Assembly: GCF_006345805.1 (NCBI RefSeq)
Contig: NC_042998.1
Coordinates: forward strand, 63,302,001 to 63,366,000
From: Octopus sinensis
Lineage: Eukaryota
Reading direction: 5' to 3'
DNA length: 64,000 bases
Position numbers and translations under genes: made by a program. The notes under the pieces are model-generated. The model was given only the letters and a program-made list of their open reading frames with translations, had not been told where the DNA came from and ran no database searches. Below, piece after piece: positions 40,445-54,286 of the stretch (the first letter of the stretch is position 1; each line of letters opens with the position of its first letter).

Positions 40445-41762
40445 GGCCCCAAATACCTTGGTGTACAAGCATATAATTGAAATGGAAATAAAAGAGCAAT
40501 GGAAAATTGAAGTATTATTTCCGAAGACTGAGGTCGGTGCTGCGTTCAAGATTGACTAGATATGATAAAATCTAAGCAGTTAGACATGGGAGATAGAATC
40601 ATTTCAGTATGAAGCGGGAATTGTAAAATGGCAAAAGCGAAAATTGATGAAAATAGAAATCAAGACCAGAACAATGTTGACAATACACGGAGCCTTCCAC
40701 CTGAAGAGTGACATCGATAGGCTGTATTTGCCCAGAAGAAAGAGTAGGAGAGGTTTGGTTAGTTGCTAGGATTATATCGAAGCAGAGGAAAACAGACTAG
40801 AGTGGTATATAAAAAATGTCGTGGAGCCACTTTTGAAACACAAGAAAAAGGCCGGTGACATCAAAAATTTAAACCAGAAACGAACAAAGAAAAAGGAAAA
40901 ATTATGAGAAAAAAGTGTACGGTCAGTTTTCAAGAGATGTGAACGCCAACACAGACACAGAGGACCGGTGGCTATGGAAGAGGAGGAGTGACTTGAAGAC
41001 AGAAACAGAAGCACTCAAATGCGCAGCTTAAGAACAATTAATAAGGACTAACTATGAGACTATGTGAAGTGCAGAATAGTCAACACTACCGATAGCGACA
41101 AATGCAGAATGTATGGTGAGAGGGAGGAAATGGTATGGCAGATCGTTAACGAATGTCCGAAATTGGCACAACGTGAATATTAAAGACGCCATGACAATGT
41201 GTCAAGAATGATCCGCTGGGAGTTCTGTGGAAATCACGGCCTACGAAGTGCAAGGACATGGTATGAGAAAACCTCAGAACGAGTCACTGAGGATGAGAAT
41301 TGCAAAGTCCGGTGGGATACAATGATCCAGTGCGATCACCAGACCAGATATCAGAAACTGAATACTGTTGCGGTGAATAAAAAAGAAAGAACATGTATGA
41401 TAATCGTTATAGCATATCCCGGTAACAACAGGATCAATGTGAAAGAAGAAAAAGTAAAGAGCTATGAAGATTTGAAGTGGGAAGTACGAAGGTTTGTGGT
41501 CAATGCGGAGAATAAACGTGATAACAATAGTCATTGGTGCACTTGGCGGCATCAGCACTTAAGTTCCAGCATGGCGAAAAAAGATTGGTGCACGGGTAAA
41601 GTTAGAACACCAATACAAAACAGCATTGCTTGGAACTTTAAAGATTCATCGCAAAGTTCTTGAAGTATGACCAGTAAAGAAGTGTCACCATAGTCTGTTG
41701 GTTGTGGACAAGTGACACTTTCCCATCATAACCAGAAAAATAAACTGTGAGTTTTTAACACA
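40445..41762 (+). mobile_element. RLE LINE family D, 5'-truncated and decayed
   Basis: KYLGV, KSDIDRLYLPR, ECPKLAQREY*RRHDNV, RLE remnants; between (AAT)n runs. Confidence 0.8.
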
Positions 41763-41925
41763 TAATGATGATGATGATGATAATAATAATAATAATAATA
41801 ATAATAGTAATAATAATGATAATAATAATAATGATAATAATAATAAGAATAAGAATAACAATAACAACAACAACAGCAACAGCAACAACAAAAACAACAT
41901 CATCATCAACAACAACAACAACAAC

Positions 41926-41970
<45 letters not shown>

Positions 41971-41983
41971 TTTTTTTTTTAAT

Positions 41984-42185
41984 AAATACATAACAAAAAC
42001 ACCAGGACTTACAAACACATATAACATACAGAAAATTGCACTACTAGGCACTGCACACATCCTACGCAGAACACTTTCCATACAATAACCATCAGAGCAT
42101 CACAACAAATCACAGCACATACCCAAGGCACAAAGAGCTGTCCTCGGTAGTGAAGTGAAAGCACGCTATAAAAATAAAACTACTG
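41984..42185 (+). mobile_element. RLE LINE family B, 202-bp 3' tip
   Basis: Matches 46225-46425 (KIALLGTAHILRRTLSIQ plus 3' UTR). Confidence 0.9.
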
Positions 42186-42210
42186 AATAATAATAATAAT
42201 AATAATAATA

Positions 42211-42277
<67 letters not shown>

Positions 42278-42293
42278 GTAATAATAATAATAA

Positions 42294-45200
42294 GGAGAGA
42301 ACACCGGGGACGTTTAACATGTGAGAGCGAAAAAACAGTGCTCTGAAATCTATCCACAAACATCGAAAACAAAGACATCGTATGGAGCCAAAAATGAACC
42401 GACAAAGGATTGGACTATATCCGAGTAAGTAATACTCATTGAAATTTATTGCTATTTTCCAAACGAAATGATGTATTTTAACTCGATATCATCTCCACCT
42501 CTAACACAGCACATGTAAACATGCTTGACACATTACGATCCCTCAATACCAGGTCATCTCCGGCCCCAAACAGCATGTACAAAAAATACGAATAAACTAA
42601 ATAATACCGGTATTATTCAACCCAAGAATAGCAATCGGGAAGTACGTACTGTAAAATTACAAAATAAAATGTACGAAAAAGTACACGTGCAAAACAGTGT
42701 GACAACAGAAATGAACGGACCGGTACCCTACGAAAATGACGACCGTCAAAATAATGGGCCGGACGTTGTTCCTCATGTCCCGCAAATAAAACCAAAAAGG
42801 TATAAATGGACACGTGAGGAATACATTTCAATCCTACACGCTTACTTTACAGCAGTGTTCTACCCAAAGAGCGAAAACACAGCAACCTATACATATAAAA
42901 TATGGAAGCAAAATAACATAAATAAAGACCTGGATACAGCAATGAACCCTAATAAACTAGCTAACGTGTGAAGATATATTCTCAACGCAAAAATATATCA
43001 GGAATAGAAATAGAACATTTAAAAGAAAAAATACATCAGTAAAATGTAGATAGAAGCCACACAACAATGCCCAATAATATAAACACTGAAACGGTAAAAC
43101 ACGAAGACAAACGTAACATTTCCAACAAAAACGATGTAAAGAAAAAACAACAAACCCAGACCGTAAGGATACATAATAATACACGACAAATAGCAAGCCA
43201 AAACACGACAACAAACATACGAATGAGAAAGAAAGTGACACAAATTTAAAACCTGGAAACAACGAAGGGGAGCCTAATGATTATGATACTATAAAAAGTA
43301 GAATAATCAAAGAACTGAAAACCACAGAGCTCAAAATGGAACACCGATCATACCTCCCAAAAATCAAAATAGACAAAACAACAACATTAATTATAAACAG
43401 CATAAACCTAGCCGTCACGGAACTAATAGCCACTGAAACAAAAAGCGATAACACAGAGCAAAATGACTTAGTATACGCAGCAGCCACTGCACTCAAAAAG
43501 AAGCTGGATACTCACACAAACCCATCCAAATAGGAGTACCACCACCCAAACAAACCATGTGGATAAATAACATCCAAAATAAAATACACAAAATAAGAAA
43601 AGATCTGTCGATTCTTAATGAAATCAGTAGACAATCAACGCTACTAAGCAACAAAAAGAAAACAAAAATACCCCGAAAATACAACATCACAGAAAAAGAT
43701 TTACCAGAGTTAAAAGAAAAGCTAAAGCAAGATATCCTTGCCAAAGCACAAAGCATCCGCCGGTACGAGAAACGCCAACGTTTCTTTGAACAATACAAAC
43801 AGTTCAACTCCAACCCCAAAAAGTTCTACCAAGAACTTGGCAAAAATAAAATAGAAATCACTGCAGCACCAACGGCAGAAGTGGAAGAATTCTGGAGAGA
43901 AATATGGTCGGCGAACGAACAACCAAAACAAAGGAGTATTAAAACAACAAACTCAGCATCTGAACAATTTTGGACCCCCGTAACAACTGAAGAGGTTACC
44001 CAGGCACTGCAAAGACTAAGCAGCTGGAAGGCACCTGTGCATGACAAGATCCCCAACTTCTGGTTGAAATATCTAACAGGAATGCACAAAAGCTGGCTGA
44101 AAACTTTAACAACATACTGGCAGAGCCAGAGACAATGCCTGAATGGCTCACGAAGAGGAAAACCATCTTAATTCCCAAATCAAATGAGACAGCAAAACCA
44201 GAAACCTACAAACCTATAGCCTGTCTCCCTACAATGTACAAAGCATTTGCTGCAGTAATATCACAAAGATTGAACAAGGACCTGGACGAAAACAACCTGT
44301 TTCCAGAAGAGCAGAAAGGATGCCGCAAAGGCGCATATGGCTGTAAAGATCAACTAATGATCAATAAAGCCATAACTGAAGACAGCCACAGAAAGAAGAA
44401 AGGCCTCAGTATGGCCTGGATCGACTACAAAAAGGCTTTTGATAGTATCCCCCACACATGGATCCTCGAAACACTAGCCATTAACAAAGTTGCGCCAACA
44501 ATTATAGAATACATAGGACACTATGAATAAATGGCAGACAGTGCTACAGCTCCAAACAAAAGAGGGACTTGTGAAAACCAAAGCCATCCCTATTAGAAGA
44601 AGGATATTCCAGGGAGACACGCTCTCTCCATTCGTTTTCTGCTTGGCACTGTCACCTGTATCTGATATGCTAAATAGAACTGGATGCGGGTACAAATGTT
44701 ACGGCAAAACGATCAGCCACCTTTTATATATGGATGACCTAAAACTATACGCCACAAATGACAAACAGCTGGAAACATTACTAAAGACAGTTCATGGATA
44801 TACCAAAGAAATAGATATGAAATTTGGATTGGAGAAATGCGCCAAAGTAACCCTGAAAAGAGGCAAACTAGTTAAGAGTAGCAACATCACACTAGATAAA
44901 ACCTATGAAATAAAATAGTTAGACCGAAGCCAAACTTACAAATACTTAGGAATCCATGAACTAGATAAGACACAACACACACATATGAACGAGAAAAAAA
45001 AAAAAGAATATTACAGACGAATTAGATCAATACTGAAAACAGAGCTCAATGTTAAAAACAAGATAATAGGTATCAACACTTTAGCCGTCCCAGTTATAAG
45101 TTACAGCTACAATATCCTTAACTGGACACTAAATGAACTGACCAAAATAGATAGGAAAACAAGAAAAATAATGACAGGGTCTAGTATGCATCACCCAAAA

Positions 45201-45455
45201 TCTGACATAGAAAGGCTATATTTACAACGTATAGAAGGTGGTAGAGGCCTTATACAGCTGGAAAACGTTTATAAAATAATCACCATAGGACTGCAAAAAT
45301 ATCTACTTCAGAAGGAAGGAAAAGTGATACAAATAGCGGCAAAAGACGAGCAAAACATAAAACTGTTCTCAGTATTTAAGGAAGATGACAAATACAAACA
45401 AGAAATCATACCACCTAACAAATATGAAAAAGAAGAAGAAGAAGAAGAAGAAGAA

Positions 45456-45491
<36 letters not shown>

Positions 45492-46425
45492 ACAACAAAA
45501 GCTATAAAACAAATGAAATCCAAACTAAAAATAGAACAGCAACGAACCATGATAAAACGATGCCAAGAAAAGCCCCTTCATGGCAAATACTGGACTAAAC
45601 TAAATGCAAAAGAAATAGACAATTAAAAATCCCAGCAATGGTTGAGAAGCTCAGGAATAAAAGCAGAGACAGAAGGATTTTTAATTGCAGCACAAGACCA
45701 ACGCCTCCCCACCCAGAAATTAACAAAAACATGTAATGAAAAGAAATATACAAGTAACTGCAGAATATGTGGAGATGGACAAGAAACAATAAATCATATT
45801 ATCTCTGGCTGCCCAGTCCTGGCTAAGAAGGAATATATTCACAGACACGACAGAGTTGGGACCTATATACACTGGAAGCTATGCCAACATTATGGAATAA
45901 CAACAGAAAAAAGATGGTATAGGCACACACCAGAAAAGGTCACAGAAAACGAGAAAGCAACCATACTCTGGGATAAGCCAATACACACAGATAGAGAAAT
46001 GAAGGCCAACAGAGCAGATATAGTTGTCAGAGATCATGAAGAAAAAAATATTTTCTAATTGATGTATCAATACCAGCAGATGACAATGTTTCTCTAAAAG
46101 AAATGGAGAAAATTTCAAAATACAAAGAGCTGGAAATAGAGGTAACTAGAATGTGGAACCTGAAAACAGAAACAATTCCTATCATAATAGGTGCATTAGG
46201 CTTGATAAAAAAATATTCAGACAAATGCATAACAAAAACACCAGGACTTACAAACACATATAACATACAGGAAATTGCACTACTTGGCACTGCACACATC
46301 CTACGCAGAACACTTTCCATGCAGTAACCATCAGAACATCTTAAACAAATCACAGCACATACCCAAGGCACACAGAGCTGCGCTCGGTAGTGAAGTGAAA
46401 GCACGCTATAAAAGATATACTACTG
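42294..46425 (+). mobile_element. R4/Dong-type RLE LINE family B, apparently full length (4.13 kb), multiply frameshifted
   Basis: Non-repetitive leader after (AAT)n; N-terminal RYKWTREEY..Y..W motif; RT, CCHC (CRICGDGQETINHIISGC), RLE, 3' UTR and AAT tail. Confidence 0.9.
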
Positions 46426-46451
46426 AATAATACTAATAATAATAATAACAA

Positions 46452-46999
46452 GATGCTCTAAAGCAGTACCAGGTAGTGGCTTCATGGTTCTGATCTTAAC
46501 TGATTGGAAGTGTTATCATGTACATTGTTTTGTCTTGGTGTAAAATATGGACTACAGCAAATATTCTGCTCAATACCACAGATTTGCTTCTCAGTTGTTT
46601 GACCTTAACCAATTGAGCATGTCAGTTGGTGGCTGACGATATGTGCATCTCTAGCAGAAGTAGTGGAGGAGCACCATAGCCATGTGTTGAGAGGAATTCT
46701 TCGGAGTTTGAATTATTCACCTCTGGAAACATGGGTGATTCATTCAACATCCTTAAACAATCCTTATTCAGGGACCTTTTGAGCGGGAAGGTCTACTCGA
46801 CCAGAAGAGCATCCTTACTGGGCCCCACCTGAAAAGTCATGCGCTGTTTATCTTGATATGAGATCACCATGTCACGCACATATATTTGTGGTACATGTGC
46901 CTAGTGTACCCTTATCAGATGGGTAGTCATGATGAGTATACTGGGCTTCGTTTATTTTACCCCAATGCCACTTTGATGTATGCACAGCTCTCTCAATCA
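46452..46999 (+). mobile_element. S3 repeat copy 3, inside the (AAT)n LINE stack
   Basis: Reverse complement of 24142-24691; AAT runs on both sides. Confidence 0.88.
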
Positions 47000-47012
47000 T
47001 AATAATCATAAT

Positions 47013-48340
47013 AGAATTGCCAAAGGGAAAGAGAATGGAAGACCCGGATGATGATGGGTACAAGTACTTCGGGATCCTGAAGCTGCACAATATCTTGCAC
47101 AAAGAAATGAAAGACGATCATCACCGCATATTTTTAAAAGCCTCAAACTTATTGTGATATAAAAGCTCGACTCAGGAACCTTGTGACTTCCATCAACATA
47201 TCGGCTGTTGCTGTATTCCCTTATAGGGTACCATCCCGAAATGGACACAGTGGAGATTGACCAACTCGATTGCACTATTCGAAAGACAATGACAATGCAT
47301 AGTGCCCTCCAACCTATGGAAAATGTACATAGCTTTTACATGAAGAGAGATTAAGGTGGGTGTGGACTGATTAGCGTACAGGAATGCATTAGCAGGGAAA
47401 AAGAAATATGGTAGATTATTTGGTAAACAGCAACCAAGGCCTACTACAATATGCTGCTAGTGCAGAAGGAGTTAACAAAATGGACTTGAGAGTGCTCATG
47501 AATTTCGATCAACAACAGCCAACGAGACAGAAAAAAACTTTACAACGTATAGAATAATACAGTCAGTTCCATTGTGAAACCAACAAATTAAAAGTCCAAG
47601 AACCATCATGGAGGTGGCTCAACGAGGGTGACCTAAGAAAGAATACTGAAAGCCTAATCATCGCTGCACAGGACCAGACATTGAATACCAAGTCAGTAAA
47701 AAAGAATATATACCACACAAGTGCACGACGGACCTCTGTAGAATGTTTGGGAAGACGGTCGAAAGCGTGACTCACATTGTTAATGCTTGTGAAAGGCTTG
47801 CGTGGAAAGAGTACAAGCCTAGACACGACAAGGTAGCCCAAAGCCTCCACTGCCTACTAAGAGGTTACTGGTGCTTGGTACTAACATACATCGGAACAGT
47901 AAAGGACAGAAAGGGAAAGGCAAAAATCCTCTGGGACTTTGACTTTCAGACAGACAAGGTGTTAGAGCACTGAAGGCCGGATATAGTAACCTTTAGGAGG
48001 AACAAACAATAGTGCCTAATAATTGACGTTGAAGTGCCAGGAGATCAACATATCATCATGAAAGGAAGAGAAAAGATTGATAAACATGGAGATCTGAGAA
48101 TTGAGAACGCTAAGATGTCAAAGCTACGTGAGTCAAACATAATGGTCATCCCTATTGTCATCGGAGCATTGCTTTTAATACCACCCAATGTGAAAAAAGC
48201 ATCTGAAAACATTAGAAATATCGTATAATCTAGATGTAGTGCAAAAGTCGGCGTTACTTGGGATTGCATGCATATTGTGTAAAATACTGTCCGTCTGAGG
48301 TCCTTGTTGTGACTAGCCAAACAGTACAAACAGTCTGATA
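47013..48340 (+). mobile_element. RLE LINE family E, 5'-truncated and decayed
   Basis: GYKYFGIL, IAAQDQ, ESVTHIVNAC..RHDKVA, PDIV..IDV, PIVIGAL. Confidence 0.78.
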
Positions 48341-48788
48341 TGTATACGAATGGTTAAGTGGCCTACTCGTTATAAAAAACTAATTATGACAAGGAATTAC
48401 ATTCGACATCAAATGTAAATCACTTATTCATAAAAATACTGAGTTTGGGAAAAAGTGTGATAATTATAGAAAATGCTTCGAAAATTAGAAAACGGATATC
48501 AATTACCTCCCGGTAAATTGCAACAAACGATTATTATATTATGTCTATAATTCTGGAAGTCATTTTCTAGATGTGGTCCATTTTGCAGTGAATAGAATAC
48601 TCCATGTGACCTTTAATGTTTCTGTTCATAGTTTTTCGATGCTCTAGGATTTTGTTGTCATGTTCGAGATTCTTCCGTCAGGCTTGTAGTTCTTGCATTC
48701 CACGTGCAACTTTCTTCTGCTTTCAATAATTGCTTTGCATGGCCTGGCAATATGGTCGCTAGAAAACTCTTCTTTCTCTATCTCTGTA

Positions 48789-48822
<34 letters not shown>

Positions 48823-49036
48823 ACACACACACTAAAATGTAAACACTCTCTCTTTCTCTCTCTCTCAACGCACACAGCTCTTCACTCATCAGATAGACGG
48901 CCGACAATTGAGGAATAGTCGTTCTTTGTTTTACTAATCCTGCTTTTCCATCGTTACTCTCATTGTTTACGTATTCAACACATTTTTTCATATTTCATGT
49001 TGCTCACTCTTGGTTACGTCTCGTACCAATATATGC

Positions 49037-49122
<86 letters not shown>

Positions 49123-49193
49123 TGTGTCTGTAGCACTTATTCAGTATTACCTGATACCTTTAGGTCTCAATGACACCATTATCTCTTATATAT

Positions 49194-49243
<50 letters not shown>

Positions 49244-51227
49244 TTGTCTGTATCGCTTGTACTCGTTTATCCGCGCATACACACTCACCACATACGTACA
49301 CACATTCTCGAATTTTCATTTACATACATTGTATAAGAAGTACCTACTGAATGTTGTAATTGGGAAGTAAGTATATTATGAGTTACCAGTTTTCGTTATT
49401 TAATAACATAGACGATCTATTGCTGATGTAAACAAAGGCAAAATCTGATAAAACATTAGATAATTATTGCTGTGTTTTTGTTTGAAAACTTTTAATGAGG
49501 TCTGTCTTAATATTCTAAACGTAAGTTGTGAAACATTACTTAAACCAAAAGTTTATCTTGCAGAAAATCTAATTTTTCATTTTTTATGTCTCCTTATGCT
49601 GTGTGAAATAAAAATCAATCAACATTTTAAGCACCTTTCCTGTTTATATTTCGGTTAATTGTGCCGAAATTAAACGCACCTAATATTTTTGAAGTACATA
49701 GTAATCAAAGTTCGGTTCTAGTTTTATGTTTTGTTTCAAGTAATTGGAGAAAGCAAGGAGGCTTCTGTTCCCTGTCACAACCAAGAAAACTGGGTGGGTA
49801 ACCGAAGGTGGTTATTCGGCAGATAAAGTTATGCTTCAGAAGTTTGTATCAACAAAATATCCAGTAAATGCTTCCACTGATGAGACAATGGTGTTAAATG
49901 GACTATTTTGTCTTTCATCATTTCGTTATCCACAGAACAGAGCGTGGGTTACTTATTAGGTTCGATGTATTGGGCTAGCCCACTCTTCCTGTTATTAATT
50001 GTAAGGCGAAGGAAATATGTGTCGTAGTTACTTGGGCTACATGCCTGGCAAACCCAGTAAATCAAACGACACGTTTTTGTGGTAAAAGGTAACATACGTA
50101 ATACTTTTTCATATATGTTTTAATTACTAAAGTAATATCTTAAACACTTCTTAATTAATTGAGAATTGCTTCTTAGATGTAGGAATATAATGAAATACAA
50201 AACAATTGTTAAGGGCTATGATGTAAAATAGTGATAATAATTTTAAAACATTTGGAAATAATCTAACAAAATATATTTACATTGTTAGAGTAAAGAATGC
50301 CTAATCACTATTGGCAGGTTAATCTTAGCTATGTTTAACTTTCTTTCATTCTTTTTTGGTCTGTTAGCTTTCATTTGCAGCGTAGAGTCTGAGAAAGCTT
50401 GGCAACCAGTTAACCTACATTCTTACATATGGAAAATTAGTTACAAATAGTATACTATTTTAACTGCATTTAGTCAATGTCTAAGAAATAATATTTCATA
50501 TTTTCTGTCCAATTATACAGATTTTTTTTTTCACGCCAAGGGTTTAAACGCTCCGAATTTCCAAGTTAACCAATATAAATAAATATGACAAGTTACACTA
50601 TTTTCTCCTTCTCTTTCAATTTTGGTGTGGGGTGTAGGATGGTAATAATTTGCAGAATGATGTATGTTCCACGTAAGCAGACATTGTGATACGATCACAT
50701 CATTTACACTACATTGTCAATGCCTTGCAGATAAGAATGATTACTTTAATATTCCAATACCCACTTCACGTTAAATTTATATGAGTTTTATGTAATTTAA
50801 AAGGAAGTAATATTTTCCATTTCTTATGTCGTTTCAAATTCTTTTTTTTTTTATTACGATAGGAAAATATACTACTTTACTGATTAAATATGTGTGTGTG
50901 TGTGGTGTGTGCGTAACATGGAAGATATTTCATGCATGTCTATTTTACATCAAATATTTCAGAATGGAGTACAGTCTGTAAAACATGACACCGCATGAAT
51001 ATTGATCGGACTCTAAAGACTGTGTTAAGGGCCTTTGTTGCTCGGTTTTTCCAGTTGATTTGCATTTGCGTAGTGAAGGGAGCGTAGTGAAGGGACGGAG
51101 GGTGTGGAAATCTGTCGCAATATAGGCAGATTAATATTACAGATAGGCGAATAAACTCTATTGGGGTAAATGTTGTAGGTGAACTGTGAATGTTCAGGCT
51201 TGAATAAGTGGGTTCATATGTAACTAA

Positions 51228-51290
<63 letters not shown>

Positions 51291-51305
51291 ATCTATCTAT
51301 CTAAA

Positions 51306-51384
<79 letters not shown>

Positions 51385-51761
51385 GATCTATCTATCTAAA
51401 TCTACGAGTTTCTGTATGAGTGTATGGATACGCCAACATAAAGAAAATATATCAGTTAACTCTATATGAACTATACATTTATATCCATATACATAAACGA
51501 CGTATATGCGTAATATGTTTGTGTGTGTGTGTGTGTGTGTGTGCGTGTGTGTGTGCGTGTGTGTGCGTATCTATTTGTAATATAAATAACAGGAAAAAAT
51601 AATTTAACACATCTTTAATGATCAGTTACACTTGTTTCTGTACCAACTCTGTTCTGAACGCCAGTTTATTCAAAAGTGGTAACATTTTAAGCAACATTTG
51701 CTGTTTTAAACATTAGACTTGCATCAAAGGTGCGCTCTTACGTGGTGCCAATTTGCTTCTT

Positions 51762-52164
51762 AAATAGAATGAGATAAAAAAATGCGAGGCTGCCAATAAT
51801 TTTCAGAATATTTATAAAGAGTAGGAATTAAAACAGACGTGAGATACGTATTTGCAGTTCCAGAGGCCATTGTAGAAAGAAATTGCCCAGGGTACCAGGC
51901 AGTAAGACAGAACCCGGAACCAAGTGCCTGGGGGTGGGGGAACTCTCTAGAACACTGCATATACAATATCCTTACGTATCTCACGTCCGTTTTCATTCCT
52001 CCATTTCACTGTATTTCAAATTTTCTCTATAATAACTATTACTTAAACATTTTGTCGCACCGTCTCTGATGAAGGGATATATAAAATCTCCCGGAAAAGG
52101 CCATCTCTTTATAAATGTTCTGGAAACTATTGACAGCCTTGACATTTTTTCATCCCATTCTGTT

Positions 52165-52168
<4 letters not shown>
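51762..52168. mobile_element. Small element with inverted termini and a hammerhead-like motif in the right arm
   Basis: 51762-51821 matches rc(52105-52165); 51824-51850 matches rc(51973-51999); CTGATGA-A-GGGA..TCCC-G-GAAA at 52066-52097. Confidence 0.6.
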
Positions 52169-52211
<43 letters not shown>

Positions 52212-52427
52212 ATGCTAAAACATGACCTAAGTTGGACTTCTTATTCGTATCATTATTGAAACTGGAGCTTAAATATAGTATGTTCATAGTACTAACTCAA
52301 CATTACCTGACACTTTTGGGGCTTCTTGACACCAATACCTCTCGTACCCTAAATATACGTATGCATGTATATGTATATCTGCACCGCGAGTGTGGCTATG
52401 TACTAGAGCGTTTATTTTTCTTCCCCT

Positions 52428-52710
52428 AGGCACATGGTTACGGGTTCTGCCCTTCTGTCTGGTACGCTGGGCAAGTGCCTTCTACTATGATCTCTGGCCG
52501 ATGAAAGCATTTTAAGTGAATTTGGTAGATATATATTTATGTACGTGCAGCAGTGGCGGTGTGGTAAGAAGCTTGCTTCCTACCTCCATGGTCCCGGGTT
52601 CCGTCCCACTGCGTGGCACGTTGGTTAAATGTCCTCTAATGTAGTCTCGTGCCGACCAAAACCATGTAGGTGGATTTGATTGACGGAAACTGAAAGAATC
52701 CCGTTGTATA
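52428..52710 (+). mobile_element. Two tandem S1 SINE copies (first one partial)
   Basis: Similar to 23229-23387; ends in (TA)n. Confidence 0.75.
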
Positions 52711-52721
52711 TATATATATAC

Positions 52722-52965
52722 ATCTGTAACATATGTGACAATTATTCGCTTGCCATAATAAAACGTCGAGCTTCGGATGTCAGGGGCGGAAATCTGCTCC
52801 GGCATCTCGTTAGTTATTAAAACAAACAAAAATGCTATGAAAATGACCAGCATTTTTGTTTGTTGTAATGACTGACAAGATGCCGGAGTAGATTTCCGCT
52901 CCGACATCCGAAACTCGGAGATTTATTATGGCAACCGAATAATTGTAACATATTTTATTACAGAT
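52722..52965. repeat. 244-bp fold-back palindrome (MITE-like)
   Basis: Arms 52722-52836 and 52849-52965, roughly 85% complementary by eye, 12-nt loop. Confidence 0.9.
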
Positions 52966-53797
52966 AAATTCCTCTATTTACATAATATCGAGATCTCATC
53001 CATTCTTTTGTTGTCATACTATTTTGTTAATATATACATACATACACACATTTATATATATAAGTATGTGTGTGTGAGTGTGTTTGTATGTACATGCGTT
53101 TGTGTTTGTGTTTGTGTTTGTGTTTGTCCCCTACTACCAACTGACAACCATTGTCAGTTTGTTTGCGTCCCTGTAAGGAAGCTGTTTGGAAAAATAGTCG
53201 TATAGAATAAATTATCAGGCTTAAAAAACGTAATTAGTGGGGTCGAGTCATTCAACGCAAACTTTTTTAAGCTGGTGCTTAAAGATGAAACAATAAAACA
53301 GATAATTTGGTCCAGGATGCACATTACCCTATCAAAATTGACGTATGTTGACGCTTCTACCATTTTCATCATGAAAGAAGAATAATTTAAGGCTAAACAC
53401 CACCGGGATAAAATAGATCAGATTTTCTATCGTGCATCATATATTCTAAAGGAGTTTTAAATGCACGGTTCTCTAAGAATAGTTGTGGATTTCAGTATCC
53501 GCCTGTCTCATTGGAATGGTCAGCTACTTACTATATGCAGGTATCACTCTGGTATAAGCGGGGAGAAGAGCAAGTTATTTCTATTTGAATATAGAGCTTT
53601 GTATAAGACAATACACGAACTGCTATGATGTGTGAATCTCAGGTCATCGTCGTTTATGGATATAATATACCAGTTAGGAACGACGCACTCTTTTTAAGAC
53701 TGCATGGTGGCAAAGAGAACGTCTCTTCCATGGTGAATGCAACTGTGTATGTGTGAAGATAGTTATTTAAAAAGGTTTTTTTTAATGGTTAGTAGCG

Positions 53798-54078
53798 TAA
53801 AGACTCCCTTCGACAACGAATGACCATGGAATTGCATCTAGAAAGTTCCACTGAAGTTCAGGCCAAGTTGTTTGTGGCCACTGATGTTATCCAAGGGAAA
53901 GTTAAAAAGTGACACAGCTTCGAACCAGTGACGTCACGACTCATTTCTACAGCTCAGTGAACTGGAACAACGTGAAATAAAGCGTCATGCCCAAGAAAAC
54001 AACACAGAGCCTGGCCCAGGTATCGAAATCACTATCTCATGATTATGAGCCCGACGTTCTAAGCACTGATCCATGGGT
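53798..54078 (-). mobile_element. tRNA-headed SINE (another family)
   Basis: Reverse-complement head ..TGGATCAGTGCTTAG..GTGATTTCGATACCTGGG followed by a GGGCATGACGCTTTATTTCAC-type body. Confidence 0.6.
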
Positions 54079-54286
54079 TACATTGAATAGGCTATTTCTT
54101 CTACATTATGATTTCAAATTCAGAACATAGCGAGTTCAAATTCAGAACACTAAGTGTATCGTCCTTCGTGCTAACGATTCTGCCAACACGCTGCCTTCGG
54201 TATGAAATCATAATGTAGAAAAGAATAGCATTTTCAACGTAGTCCCTGGATCAGTAGTTAAAATGTCGGGCTCATAATCATGAGAT
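54034..54286. repeat. Inverted duplication, about 83-bp arms with an 86-bp spacer
   Basis: 54034-54116 matches rc(54203-54286). Confidence 0.85.

Noticed and set aside
49744-49959. 71-aa ORF and a CTGATGA hairpin at about 49876-49920
   Set aside because: No recognisable domain or good splice sites; the hairpin lacks the GAAA half, so it is not a hammerhead.
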